Assembly (NCBI RefSeq): GCF_001447785.1
Contig: NW_015169277.1
Location: forward strand, 62,001-126,000
DNA from: Gekko japonicus
Lineage: Eukaryota
Direction of reading: 5' to 3'
Length of the DNA stretch: 64,000 nucleotides
Shown here: piece after piece, positions 1 to 12,121 of the stretch
How positions within the stretch are numbered: position 1 is the stretch's first letter
Layout of the letters: the number at the start of each line of letters is the position of its first letter
Translations under genes and position numbers: made by a program
Notes under the pieces: model-generated
What the model saw: the letters and a program-made list of their open reading frames with translations, nothing else
Told to the model about the DNA's origin: nothing
Databases searched by the model: none

Positions 1-819
1 AAACAGAATTTTCTGCCTTGGGACTTCACTGAATGCTTTAGACAAACCTGAATTCATATCCGTCTTGCACAAGCTATTCATTGCACAGTTCATGGATTAA
101 ACGCTTCTCCTCTTGCAAGGGAGGGGAGGGAAATCAACTCCATTATCAAGAAGAGAAGGCATCGCACTAACTTATTACACAAAGTAATAATCCTCTGTTG
201 AGACATCGCACAATGACACTGGTAACATTAGCAGGCGATATTTATTATAAATAAAAGGTCCCATTGAAGCTTTTGACTCATTAGAGGGAGGTCTGGGAAG
301 ATGACTTCATTGTAGGGAATCTAAAGAATTATGAAAGGAATAAAAGATTTACTTATCCACAAATATGTCCTCATTAGCAATTCAGTACGAGGCCTTTTCA
401 CAAATATTTGGATTAAGGCCTAATGGCTATATTTTGTTTTAATTTGCAAAGCCTTTAAATTTAAAAAACAATATTTACATTCTTACTAATGATGCTGTAC
501 ATTTAGAGACCAAAAACATCCTTAAGGGATTACAGGATGACACCGAAGAAGGGAGAACATACTATCTAACTTCATCACTTGTCAGTTTTCAGAGAATGGA
601 TAGTTTGGTAAATTTCATTCATCGTTACCAGACCTCTTCCCATAACTTTCAAGGGCTCTGGAGAGTGCAAAAATTTGAAGTAGCATGCCTACCCCCTACC
701 CCCAAACCCAGCAGACCTGGAGTCTGGTATGGTATGATCCAGAACTCTACCACTAATACTCAGACCAGTGGTTTTCAAGCTTTGTGGTGGGAAATATCAG
801 ATATCCTACTAAGCATATA

Positions 820-1032
820 ATAGAGGCTCCTGACTGAGAAGACTGGGAGAGGGCCAACGCTCACTTTGGTCCCTGGTTGGATCCCTGGTATCTCCAGCTT
901 AAACAATTTCAGATATTGAGAAAGATGTTTCATTGTACAAGAACCCAGAGAGCTGCTACCAGTCAGAGTAAAGCAATGCTGCTCTAGATGGAGCATTGTT
1001 CTGACTCAGTATAATGCATTTTCATATGTTCA
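820..1032 (+). mobile_element. Squam2-type tRNA-derived SINE, diverged
   Basis: ...GGTTGGATCCCTGGTATCTCCAG...GAGAGCTGCTACCAGTCAGAGTA...CTGACTCAGTATAA; homologous to other copies in the window; boundaries approximate. Confidence 0.6.
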
Positions 1033-1265
1033 TAAAATCTGTTACTGCTGGCAAGCTTTCCGAGCAGAGAGCTTCCCCATCCCTACCAGTCTTCTCTTCA
1101 ATGTACAGCCACAGGGGGGCATTCATTATAGTGCAAACTCAGAAATAGTTTACACGTTCCATCTAATCTGTGGATCTGCTCAGTTTCACACAGTAAGGTT
1201 GTTTGTCCAAACAATTTTTTGTGTGTGCAGGGTTTTTTTTAAATACAAATTCATAGGTATCTAAT

Positions 1266-1383
1266 GCTGCAGTCACACACACTAAATAATCCACTTTCAG
1301 TGCACTTTCTAACTAGATTATTATTGTGTGAACTGGCAAAATCCAGTTGAAAAGTGGATTATTGAGTGTGTGTGACCGCAGCC
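1266..1383. mobile_element. short PIF/Harbinger-type MITE
   Basis: Termini GCTGCAGTCACAC...GTGTGACCGCAGC, same TIR type as 5814-6190; internally self-complementary. Confidence 0.6.
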
Positions 1384-1453
1384 CAATTATCCCTCAGGAC
1401 AGCCTCTCTGGGATGGACTGTGTGTGAGTTTGAGACTATCTATTCTTTACTGA

Positions 1454-1802
1454 GGAGCTGCAGTGGCTCAAGTGGTTAAGACGCTGAACTGGAGGCTGTG
1501 GAAGGTCAGTAGTTCAGCAGTTCGAGACCCGAGTTGCCACATGATGGAGTGAGCTCCTGTCTCTGGACCCAGCTCCTGCCAACCTAGCAGTTCGAAAGCA
1601 AGAAATTGCAAGTAGATAAATAGGTACCACTTCAGTGGGAAGGTAACAGCATTCCGTGTGCCTTGGTGTTTAGTCATGCTGGCCACATGACCACGGAAAA
1701 GTCTTCGGACAGCGCTAGCTCTTCGGCTTTGGAACGGAGATGAGCACCGCAACCCTAGAGTCGGACTCGACTGGCTTTCGAGCAAGGGAACTTTTACCTT
1801 TT
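1454..1802 (+). mobile_element. Sauria SINE (Squam1), full length
   Basis: tRNA-like head GGAGCTGCAGTGGCTCAAGTGG...GTTCGAGACC, (ACCTTT) tail, 13-bp TSD TATTCTTTACTGA at 1441-1453 and 1803-1815. Confidence 0.92.
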
Positions 1803-2019
1803 TATTCTTTACTGATGAGATTGCTGCTGCACAATTCCCTGCCTTTAAGGTGGTACAGACCTCCTTAAATCTGAAGTTTGAAAAGGGGGAGGAAATTGTG
1901 GAAAGGATGAAAACTTGAGAAAGAGCAAGTGGAAACAGACCATGACAGGGCAACAGAGAAGCTACTGTTTCACCAATACACTGCCGCCGAAAATTGGCGG
2001 AGACACCATCAGGGTGCAA

Positions 2020-2255
2020 GCGGGCCCTGGGAAGAAAACTGGTTATCTGCCGCTTTGGAACTTACGTCGTTGGTCTGGATCCACCCTACCGGAACCCATC
2101 TTGGAACTGGGAACATCTGAGCACCAGCACTTTGTTGTATTATTGATATGTTTTTATTCTGTTTTTAATTGTTTTAAATATGGCTTTTGCCCCAGTTGTT
2201 AGCCACCCTGAGCTTTAGGGGAGGGCGGGATATAAATCAAATTATAAATAAATAA
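2020..2255 (+). mobile_element. L2-like LINE 3' end
   Basis: T-rich tract then GTTAGCCACCCTGAG...GGAGGGCGGGGATATAAAT...AATAAATAAA, typical squamate L2 tail; 5' boundary uncertain. Confidence 0.5.
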
Positions 2256-5079
2256 ATTTTGAAAAAAGAGGGGAAAGAACAATATAACTCACAGGGTGGG
2301 GCAGGGGGGAGATAAAAATGTGCAAAAAAATAATAATCCCCACACAGGAAAGATCCACAGGGGGCAGTAAACAAATGTGTGAATTGACACTCAGTTGGTT
2401 CTGCATAGGCCCTTGACAGCCTGTGCATTTCCAAACATGCTTCAGAATCCTATACATTGCACAGGAATTCCACAGCAAATGAGAAGAGGCCATAAGACTT
2501 CTCCAAAGGTGTCTCTAGTTCAGGTCTAAGAGGAACCAAAAGTGTTTTCAAATTTAGTTTAATTTAATTTACACATCAGGAAAGATTACAAAGTCCTATG
2601 ACATCAAGGCAGTGTTGGGGGTGGGGGTGGCCATCTTTCTAATGTGACATTAAAACTACACCACATCGGAGAATCACCGACTTTGCATTAGTGGAACCTC
2701 AACCAATTTTCCCAGAAAGGCCTTAATCATGATAGTAAGTATCCAAAAACTTCAGGGAAACATTTTTTCCTTGGTAAACCCTCCTTAGGAAAGCCAAGAA
2801 GATACTTCCCCCCATGTTCATTAAACAATGGCATTGTAGAAATGCATCTCCCCTCCTCCTTGTAAATAAAATGGGCTCAAAAAGGTTAGATAAGAGCAGA
2901 GGAAGACAGATTCTTCTCTACTTCCTGGAGTTTACAAACTCTGATGGAAGGCAGTTGGACTGAACCCCCTAGGAACAGAGGGAGAACGAATTCTGAACAG
3001 GACAAACCTGGGGGGGGGGTACGATCCTTCCCCCCTCCATCTCCTGCCTCCCTGCTGACATGGGCTGGGACTGAATCACTGCTAACTTGGATCAAGTGGG
3101 CAAATATTAGGAAAATGTGATAAGAAAACACAGAGCCTGAAACCCCAATTTCCTTCTCATTTCTGCACGGCGTGTGGCATAAAAATAGACTTCCTTTGTT
3201 TCCATAATGGATTTTTACAAAGCGGCCGAGGTGGGTTGGTAGCTTTTTGCAATCTGACAAAACAAATATTTCTTTTCACAGAAGACTACATATGAGTTTC
3301 CCCCACCATCACCCAAAAAATCTCAGAAAAAGGCTTTTCAGAACTCAATGCACGTCCATTCCTTTTTGCAACTCATTTTCCCCTCCTTTTTTTTTTTGTG
3401 ACAACCGAGGCAATAATTCACAGCTCACTGGGCCTCTTAAATATCCCCCTTTATATTTACATGGTAGGCATTCCCCCATTACCCAGCGGGGACCAGCTGT
3501 ACTGGCAGGGACTCGTTAAGGCATTCTTCAGATTTGGGGGGTTTAACATACCCCTTCTCTAGTCAGTATCTTTTTAAAAAGATACCCCCTTGCACAGCTA
3601 CTGTCTCAAAAAGTGAACAATAATATAACTGTGTCATTTTGTAATTTTGGGCTTCATCCAGACTCCCACATCAGGCCTTTTTAAAGCTCTGGTGTGTTTC
3701 TATCATGCTGAGGACTGCTATGGGCCCCCTCCCCCCCTCGCTTCCTCCCCCCCCCAATACGCGATTAAATGAGGTACTTGAGTTTTTGTGCCGAAACTTT
3801 TTATATGTGTATCTGCGCTCTGCCTTATGCACCGCAGTTAATTTAATCCAGAGGCATTCAGAAGTCTGGGAAAGAACAACATTTTCACCCACCGCTAAAT
3901 AATGAGAGCTTTTCTTAGAGGCCAAAAATGAACTTGAAAAGTGGAAGGAGAGAGAGGGGGGGAAACCTCCCTAACATATATACACACAGTACAAGAAAGA
4001 CACATTGTTTGGTTCCATAAAAGTGTTCTTTAGAAACCAATTTAGCAGTCAGGGTGCAGGATTAGCTGCTGGAATCCCTGGGTTCAAATGGCTTTATTAC
4101 CAACTCTCATTTAGTCCAGGATTGAAAAGAAGTACACGTATTCAATTACCAGTGGGCATCTTCGGGAGGGGGGGGGACACAGAAACTGAAATAGTAACAA
4201 AACTGAACTTTTAGTTAACTCTGGATCTGGGTAGCTTTGCCCCCCCCCCTGCGTTAAGTGCTTACAGATGCCTGCTTCCGTCAAGTTAATTATGCCCCCC
4301 CAAAATCATTTTGCCTTTTTAATTCTGAACATGTAATGTAATTATTCAAACTCTATGTCTTGAGAGATGATTCTTAGTCACTCCATTCATAATTCCGTAC
4401 CCATGTAAAATTCTTCTCATGCATATATGGTTCCCTCCACAGCCATCTTCTTTCTAACGTAAAAACTCCAGTATCTTGAATTTTTTTTAAAAAAACAGAA
4501 GATGCTGTGTTTCTCCATCGTTTGATTCCATAATTCCATCAGAAATAGGACCAAAAAGGTCTGGTATCTGCGTGGATATGGGTAACATTAGCTATTGTCC
4601 CGTTTCTGAGGCCAATTTTATAGCTGAAGTTAACATTTCAGTTAATTACTTAATCACTTCTTGTTTGTTCTTCAGTGGATGTCCCCTGGCCCTAACCCCA
4701 GATTCTTTAAATGCTTAATCTGCTTCACACATACAGCACTGATCCAAGACAACAGGAGGGCTTTCAACCAACTATGCAAAATACAATCCCTCATTGCTAA
4801 TGATGTCACAGACACTATCCAATATGGTGCCGCCTTATTTTACTTGCAGCAGCATGCTATAGCGTTTGAGTGCTGCAAAAATGCAGTAACCTCACATCAA
4901 ATGCCTAATCATTAAATACAACATCTGGATCCTGCAGAGTTTGCTAAACAGTCATGATTTCTGGGAACTGCAGATGTGAAGGATTCCCTGTTATAGATCT
5001 TCAGCCCCCTCCAACAGAACTACAGTTCCCAGTATCCCCTGGGATAAGAACACAACACTTTAGCCAGTTTAAGCCTGTA

Positions 5080-5490
5080 AGAATATAAAAACGTAAGAAG
5101 AGCCCTGCTGGATCAGATTAGTGGTCCATCTAGTCCAGCATTCTGTCTCACACAGTGGCCAACCAGTTCCTCTGCAGGGCCAACAACAGGGCAGAGAGAC
5201 CGAGATATCCTGGCACGGTGATTCAGAGGCTGACTGCCTTAAAATGTGGAGGTCCCCCTCAGTTACCATGGCTAGTAGCCATTGATAGACCTCTCCTTTA
5301 TGGATCTATCTAATCCCCCTTTAAAACCGTCTATTCCTGTGGTTGTTACTACGTTCCCTGGCAGTGAATTCCACATTTTAATGCATTGATAGACCTCTCC
5401 TTTATGGATCTATCAAATCCCCCTTTAAAACCGTCTGTTCCTGTGGTTGTTACTATGTCCCCTGGCAGTGAATTCCACATTTTAATGAAA
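5080..5490 (-). mobile_element. CR1 LINE 3' fragment with internal 104-bp tandem duplication
   Basis: AAGAAGAGCCCTGCTGGATCAG...CACAGTGGCCAACCAG; minus-strand translation WNSLPGDIV...DGFKGGFDR is the CR1 ORF2 C-terminus. Confidence 0.8.
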
Positions 5491-5517
5491 CTGTGTACAG
5501 GATTATGCCGTATGATA

Positions 5518-5806
5518 GCCATGATACCCCCCCACACACACACACACAGTTGTGTTGGTACTATCCAGGTCTCTGGTGGGGCGGTGGGGAAAGAGCAACA
5601 ACACTCTTATTCATCATCCATGGGCCAGTCCCTGGTTTCACAAGCTGCCATGATACCCCCCCACACACACACACACAGTTGTGTTGGTACTATCCAGGTC
5701 TCTGGTGGGGCAGTGGGGAAAGAGCAACAACACTCCCAACGAGGAACTGGCAAGACGAGCCAGGATTTATTCATCATCCATGGGCCACTCCCTGGTTTCA
5801 CAAGCT
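5518..5806. repeat. tandem duplication (~130/160 bp)
   Basis: 5518-5646 repeated at 5647-5806; the first copy lacks a ~31-bp segment. Confidence 0.9.
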
Positions 5807-5813
5807 ATACTCA

Positions 5814-6190
5814 GGCTGCGGTCACATGGAGCATTAGCCATGCTTCAGAGACAGAAGATAGGTGGATTTTCCGGACGCGATCACAGCGTCACATCTGGGA
5901 AGCATAGAGCTCCCATGGCGAACCCGAGGCTTCCCGCCGAAGATGCGGGGTAAAAAACTAGTACCTCCGAGGTACTAGTTTCCGGAAACCTCAGACGCCC
6001 GCCCTTGCCCCGCAGTTTCTGGAAACTAGTACCTCCAAGGTACTAGTTTTTTGCTGCGCTTTTTCGGCAGGAAGCCTCAGTTGTGCCACGGAAGCGCTAC
6101 GCTTCCCAGATGTGCTGGTGAGATCGCGACCGGAAACTCCGCTTGTCTTCTGTATCTCTTGCGTGGCTAATGTTGCGTGTGACCGCAGCC
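5814..6190. mobile_element. PIF/Harbinger-type foldback MITE
   Basis: TIR GGCTGCGGTCACA...TGTGACCGCAGCC, 3-bp TSD TCA on both sides, whole element imperfectly palindromic. Confidence 0.85.
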
Positions 6191-6877
6191 TCAGTTAAAC
6201 TAAAGCAGGGTTTTGTCCTGAGTCACAACCAACCCACAGAACAGGACTTCTTTGCAACAGCACCCGTTTCGCTGAATAGCCTCTTCCAAAGTGGCTCAAT
6301 TTGTTTGGGCATGTCAAGAGCAAATAAAATAGTTTTATGCACCCAGGACCCTGATGAGTAACTATGATGATAAATTTACTAATGCGTTGTCATTTAATTT
6401 GAATTTTATTTCAGACTGCTGCACTTGAAATTTATCGCAGTTGCATTTTTGTTGCAAGCCACCTTAGGGCACATTGTAGCCAAAATTTGGGCTAAATAAA
6501 CATGGTGAATACACACATGAATATAATTACAATTAGGTGAGTTGCCAACAAAATGCCTGGACATTCCAAGTAGGACAGAAAGGTTTTCCAAGAGTGGTAG
6601 GCAGATAGTTCTATGATAAGTCCTTGAAGTCTCTGATGTAGTGGTTTGAGTGTGAGATTACAACTGGAAAGCCTGGGGTTCAAATCCTTGCCCAGCAACA
6701 AATCCCCCTGGTGATGCTAGACATCGACCTGACCTGCCTCATAGAGCTGTTGTGAGGATAACACGGTGCCTTGGTAGAAGGGTGGCATAGATGCTGTGAT
6801 ACATCAACTTGATGCACCCCATCTTGACCAGCACCTTGCACAATTACCAGGATTATGACAGAATATTTTTGCCGCTC

Positions 6878-7040
6878 AGTCAGTGTGGTGTAATGGTTAG
6901 AGTGTCAGACTAGTATCTGTGAGGCCCAGGTTCGAATCCCCACTCTACCACGGAAGCTCACTGGGTGAGCTTGGGTTAGTCACTGTCTCTCAGTGTAACC
7001 TACCTCATAATAAAAAGATGGGTATAAATATCTAAATAAA
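6878..7040 (+). mobile_element. older tRNA-derived SINE (CORE/MIR-like, L2-type tail)
   Basis: A box TGGTGTAATGG, B box GGTTCGAATCCC, tail GGGTATAAATATCTAAATAAA; a more decayed copy lies at ~6630-6790. Confidence 0.65.
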
Positions 7041-8032
7041 CAGACAGAAGCATTTTAAGGGGGGGATTCTGAAAGTTCAACTTAAGATCCTTCATTCACA
7101 GTATTTCTGATTTGAACTGGTTGTTTATGAGACATTTGCAGGAACTTACATTGTTGGGCGGAGTTGTTTTGTACATACAGCCTCCTGGAAACTTAACACG
7201 CAGTCCCAAATGCTAATTGCTCAAGTTACTAGTCATTCATGAAGCATATGTGGAACATGCTCGGAATTGTCTCCCCAAGTCATAAATCTTTCACAGGTAC
7301 AATTATGTGTGAATTGTGGTCAGAAAAGACACACACTCTCTCTCAACAGCTGGAGTCAGGTGGGTTTACTGCAGCCAAATTGCAAAATTAAATTTAGATG
7401 AACTTAATTAAAAAGTGGGGGGAGGATGCAATTTAATATGGACATTCATCACACACGCTCACTGAAATCCTTTCTTGTGTCAAGAAAATATATTAAAGCA
7501 TGATCCAAAAGCCACATAAAGGCTGAAAGGAAGTGTGAACAAAAGGACACATCAGGTAGCTCAGCCACAAAAAGCTCTATGCATGGGCAGGGGTGGGCAT
7601 TTGTAAGCGCCATGACTGAAGAAAGAACACCTCTGTAGAGACTGAAAAGAAATTAGGAACAACTGAGATGTCACTGAGGGGTGAGCACGCTTTCAAAATT
7701 CCCTCAGAATAAGAATACGTAGGAGATCTAGTGACCTCAGACAATTATACCACCTCAGAAGAAAGACCATACCACCTTCTGAAGAAAAAAGACCTCAGTA
7801 AAGACGGAAAACAAATGAGGAATAACTGAGATGCCACTTAGGAGCAAGTGGGCTTCCAAAACCCCCTCAGAATAAGAGCAGGAAGGAGATCTAGTGACCT
7901 CAGATATTCTGAGAGGGATGCCAAAAGATCCCCCCCCCAATATCATCCCAGAGGATACGTTGCTATAAAGCATGAGGAAAGGCCAGTTCACAACATACAG
8001 GAACTGACATACTATAGCCATTTCAAAGACTA

Positions 8033-8436
8033 TGAGGAATTTCACATTACCCTTTTTAAGCCGGTTTGAAGACGTTTTTGATTTGTCGTGGAGTAAACCG
8101 GTATAGGGCTGCCATTTCACACATGGCTTTCCCCTACTGGTAAACAGCTGGATCTGAAGCAGTTTGCCATTTCAGCCAGAGATTGCCCGCGCGGGCAAAA
8201 AACGGCGGGAAAAAGCATTTTGGATCCGGGAGAAGAAGCTGAAGACTACTTGGAAGTGGTTTACAGATAAAACGGTTCAGCCCCGTTTCCTGAACGGGAC
8301 AGGAGCATTTGTGTGTGAAAGTACAAATATACCGGCAGGGAACCGGTTCTAAAACGGTTCTGTCTGAAATGTCAGACCAGAAACCGTTTGGGAACCGTTC
8401 CTGAACCGGAATATATTGCCTGTCTGAAATTCCTCA
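8033..8436. mobile_element. non-autonomous DNA transposon (MITE), superfamily unclear
   Basis: TIR TGAGGAATTTCA...TGAAATTCCTCA; CpG-rich interior with repeated AACCG/CGGTT motifs; TSD not clean. Confidence 0.6.
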
Positions 8437-10198
8437 ATATCACCTAAAATTTCAGGTGAAGCAGTCGTTTTGTTTTGGAAACTCCCCCTCACTCTATTCT
8501 TGCCATCTCAAAGAGAAGAGCTGCCTTTTTTCCTCTGGGGTAGTAAGCTTCAGTTTGAGCCATTGTGCCATTGACACAGGAAATCTGTCAATGGTGTCCT
8601 CCAAGTGAAATCCAAGCAGGGGTACTGTTGCGTGAAAGGCCATGCTGCATCAAAGAACACACAGTTGGGGAGCAAGAACCAGTCCTCTGGGTAAAGCTCT
8701 TGCAAACTAAGGTGTTGAGCAACCTATGAAGAGTGAGTGAAGTTTTAATAAAACAGCTGTTCTGAGGGCCTTGTCTGCATTCCAACAATCACATCTTTCT
8801 CTTTGCTGTCAGTCCATCTGGTCTGAAGTTAAAAAGCTAGCACTTCGGAGAGGATTCGCACATAACTTTGTAACAATTCATTGCCATTTATCCTTAAAAT
8901 GGCTTAAAAACTCATTGCGGAAACCACCACAAATGGATTCCAAGAATGGATAGCTGTGGATGAGGGCTGCAACAGTACTGCCTCTATTATACTTTGTAAA
9001 ATAGCAAGTGTTTAGAAGTCAGGAGGATCACAAAGCATTCTGGACTGTGCAACAGACAGGCGCCCACAAAAGCCATAAATACATCAAGCCCATTGCCCCA
9101 TGATATTAGAATTAAAACACAAATACAAGCCCTGCGTTGCCCATCTGTCTGGGCCAAGACCCTTTGTGATATCACTGCAGCTGAGCCAATGGCAGTCAGA
9201 AAGTCTTGGACACACTACATATGGCACAAGGTTGCAGTGATGTTCACAAGTGTGAGTCATTCATTAAAAAAACTGAATTCATTTGTATTTTTAAACTATA
9301 TGCTTCTCTGTTTGCTCATACCTCTTATTCTCCAAGTTTGGGTGAGGCTAAGGAGGACTTTGCCAAAGGCAAGACACCATTTCTGTGTCTCAAAGAGTAA
9401 GATTTACCTGCCCCGAGAAGAGCCCACCTGTTTATTTCTTTGTCTTCTGACTGCAAGGAGGCAAAAGCGGCCCAGAGCAGTGATTCATGCAGAAACACAA
9501 CAGGCAAAGTCCTCCAAGGACATGTAAATATACTGGGGGCCTTGTGCAGTAAGGAATTAAAATGGTTTCATGTGAATAGGGAAATCCCTTGTGGCTGAGC
9601 AGAGCATACTCTCACACACATGTTGGCAACTAAAGGCATAAAATAGGGTCTCCTTTTGAGAGTGAGGAAGCCAATTTCCAATTTTTTAAATGTGGAGGTT
9701 CAGCCCATCAGATCCAGCAACAACAAAGTAATACCATCTCTGTCTGTGGAAGGGAAACAATTCATCTTTACTTTATTGTTGTTTTTAAAAATTCTTGGAA
9801 TGGCAGCCTCTCTCTAGGTCTTACCACTGATCCGTAAATTGCCGTCTTTGATGTTTCCCACCAGGTTGGCTTCAGCTCAGGTAGACGATCCTGTTGAAAG
9901 AAGTACTATATCAGACACATGATAAAAAAAGACTTTCAAGGTCTCCAGTATAGTTTTGGGCTGCACATGGCTACAAGAAGTTTAATAATGAAAACAAGAA
10001 GCCAGTAGTGTCACGCCTCCACAGATTCACCCCTTGACTAAGGGAACCATAACATGGATTCCCAGAGAGTATTTTGAAAAGCTTCATCAACACAGCCACA
10101 ACAACCCAAGACGGAAAAGCAAAGCATGACATGGTTAATTTTAAGATGTCTTTTAAAAAACTTAAAATGACTGGTGGGAAGCAAGAAACTCTTACGAG

Positions 10199-10405
10199 CA
10201 GTGTTTCCTCTAAGCCGAGTTAGTGTGAGCTAGCTCACAGTTTTTTTAGCCTCCAGCTCACACATTTTTGTCTTAGCTCAGGAAGGATGGCTCTGGAGCA
10301 AGCTAATTTATGCAGTAGCTAAATCGCTTGCTCACAACTTTAATGCCAATAGCTCACAAAGTAGAATTTTTGCTCACAAGACCCCACAGCTTAGAGGGAG
10401 CATTG
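10199..10405 (+). mobile_element. hAT MITE family A (~206 bp, TIR CAGTGTTCCCTCTAAG)
   Basis: TIRs plus 8-bp TSD CTTACGAG/CTTATGAG. Confidence 0.9.
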
Positions 10406-11028
10406 CTTATGAGCAATACAAGAGGCATGAAGCACAGAATAAGAAGAGGTGTTATTTTAAGTACATGATAAATTCATTCATACACTGGCCTTTCTCCTGA
10501 GTATCCCGTGACCCAAGGTGGATTACAACAATATAAGCAATTTAAAAAAAACATTAAAACAGCAGATACAGAACATCAGATCAGTTTCTTTTGATACTTG
10601 ATCAGCTTGAAAAGTATTAATAAAAACAATGGAAAACACCACATGCACTATGAAGGCCAACAAAAAAAAGACTTATATGCCATTACAATCCAACATTTGA
10701 AAATTCTCATATACAGGCACGATAATGGGGCCGGTTATTTGAAGACTCAACCATCTGCTTTCGTATTTTGCATGCCATTATACAAAATTTTGTTACATTA
10801 CAATCAATTTCTTTAGAGAAGCCCGAAAGGAAGAGGGAAATGTAGAATGGCTCTGATCGTCCTGGGGAATGTATTAAAATTGGTGTAATATATTGAGAAT
10901 GTATATCATTATAGTAGGGACAGTGCAATAATACATTATCATATTTATACACAATATCTTTAAATGATATTAAAAAACCAACCTAAAAACACCTTACACC
11001 CATCTTGGCAGATATTACCCCTTTTGTG

Positions 11029-11250
11029 TAGTGGCTTGGTGTAGTGGTTAGGAGTGCAGACTCTAACCTGGGAGAACCAGGTTTGATTCCCCACTCTTCC
11101 ACATGCAGCTGCTGGAGTGACATTGCTGCAGCTTAAAGAAAACAATGTTGTGGGGAGGGGAAGGGAAAGGAGATTGTAAACTGCTCTGAGACTCCTTCGG
11201 GTAGTGAAGGACAGGGTATAACTCCAATCTCTTATTTCTTCTCTTCTTCT
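11029..11250 (+). mobile_element. Squam3-type tRNA SINE
   Basis: TTGGTGTAGTGGTTAGG...GGTTTGATTCCCCACTC...(TTC)n tail. Confidence 0.85.
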
Positions 11251-11309
11251 TTGTCCTGGCTCAGACTGTTCCAAAATCCCAGGAAGGGGTATTCATAATT
11301 ATAAATGTA

Positions 11310-12121
11310 CAAGTAGGGGGACCCGCGATACTCGCGGGGGGGAGGAGAAGCTCCACGGGAGAAGGAAGCAGCTGCAGGTGAGCCTTCTCCCCTGTCCACC
11401 CCCGTCCCCAGCACCCATGGCGAGGCCCGCGCCTCTCCAAGCTTCCCCCCTCCCCTAGCGGTGGCAGCGGCAGCAAGGCCTTGCTGGCCCACTGAACTTT
11501 CTTCCTCCCTCCCCTTCCGGCAGTGGTGGCAGCGGCAGCGAGCCTTCGCTGGCCCGCTAAGCTTTCTCCCTCCCCCATCCTTCCTCAGCAGTGGCGGCAG
11601 GAAGGCCTTGCTGGCCCACCAAACTTTCTCCCTCTCCCCTCCCCCGGCGGTGGCGAAGCTTTGCTGGCCTGCCAAACTTTCTCCCTCCCCCCTCAGCAGC
11701 GGTGAGGCTTCGCTGGCCCGCCGAACTTTCTCCCTCCCCCCTCCCTCGGCGGCGGTGAAGCCTCGCCAGCCTGCCAATTTTTTCCCTCTCTTCTTCCCTC
11801 CCCGGCGGCAACGGCGAGGCCTCGCCAGCCCTCCAAACTTTCTCCCTCCCCCCCGGGCGGTGGAGAGGGCTGAGCTGCTTACAGCCGCCGGCCGGCCAAG
11901 CCTTCTCCCCCTCCTTCTCTCTGGCGGCGGCAGCAGCAAAGCCGTTCTAAGAGCATTCCCTGCACATGCGCTGGGGATGCTTTTTTAACTTTTGGGGGGA
12001 TTTAATTATTTCCCCTATATTTTTTTACAGTTTTCAGATTTTTCTGCACCCCTCAGGTGCCCCCGATGTGCGGATTTAGATATCTGCACGCAGGGGGTGC
12101 CTTGGGAATTAGATATATAGA
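11310..12121 (-). mobile_element. non-autonomous Helitron with internal GC-rich minisatellite
   Basis: Minus strand: A|TCTATATATCTAATT... 5' end; 3' hairpin CCCGCGAGTATCGCGGG then CCCCCTACTTG|T; sits between A and T with no TSD. Confidence 0.7.
11455..11940. repeat. degenerate ~45-50-bp GC-rich tandem repeat, about 10 units
   Basis: Recurrent unit ~GCGGCGG(T)GAGGC(C)TTCGCTGGCCCGCCAAACTTTCTCCCTCCCC. Confidence 0.8.

Noticed and set aside
1468-2019. 183-aa ORF and similar ORFs at 13696-14070 and 36861-37217
   Set aside because: Antisense translations of Sauria SINE copies, not a gene family
5386-5907. 173-aa ORF with an internal repeat
   Set aside because: Spans CR1, a local duplication with (CA)n and a MITE end
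11232-11988. Overlapping 235-aa and 175-aa ORFs
   Set aside because: By-products of a stop-poor GC-rich tandem repeat inside the Helitron-like element
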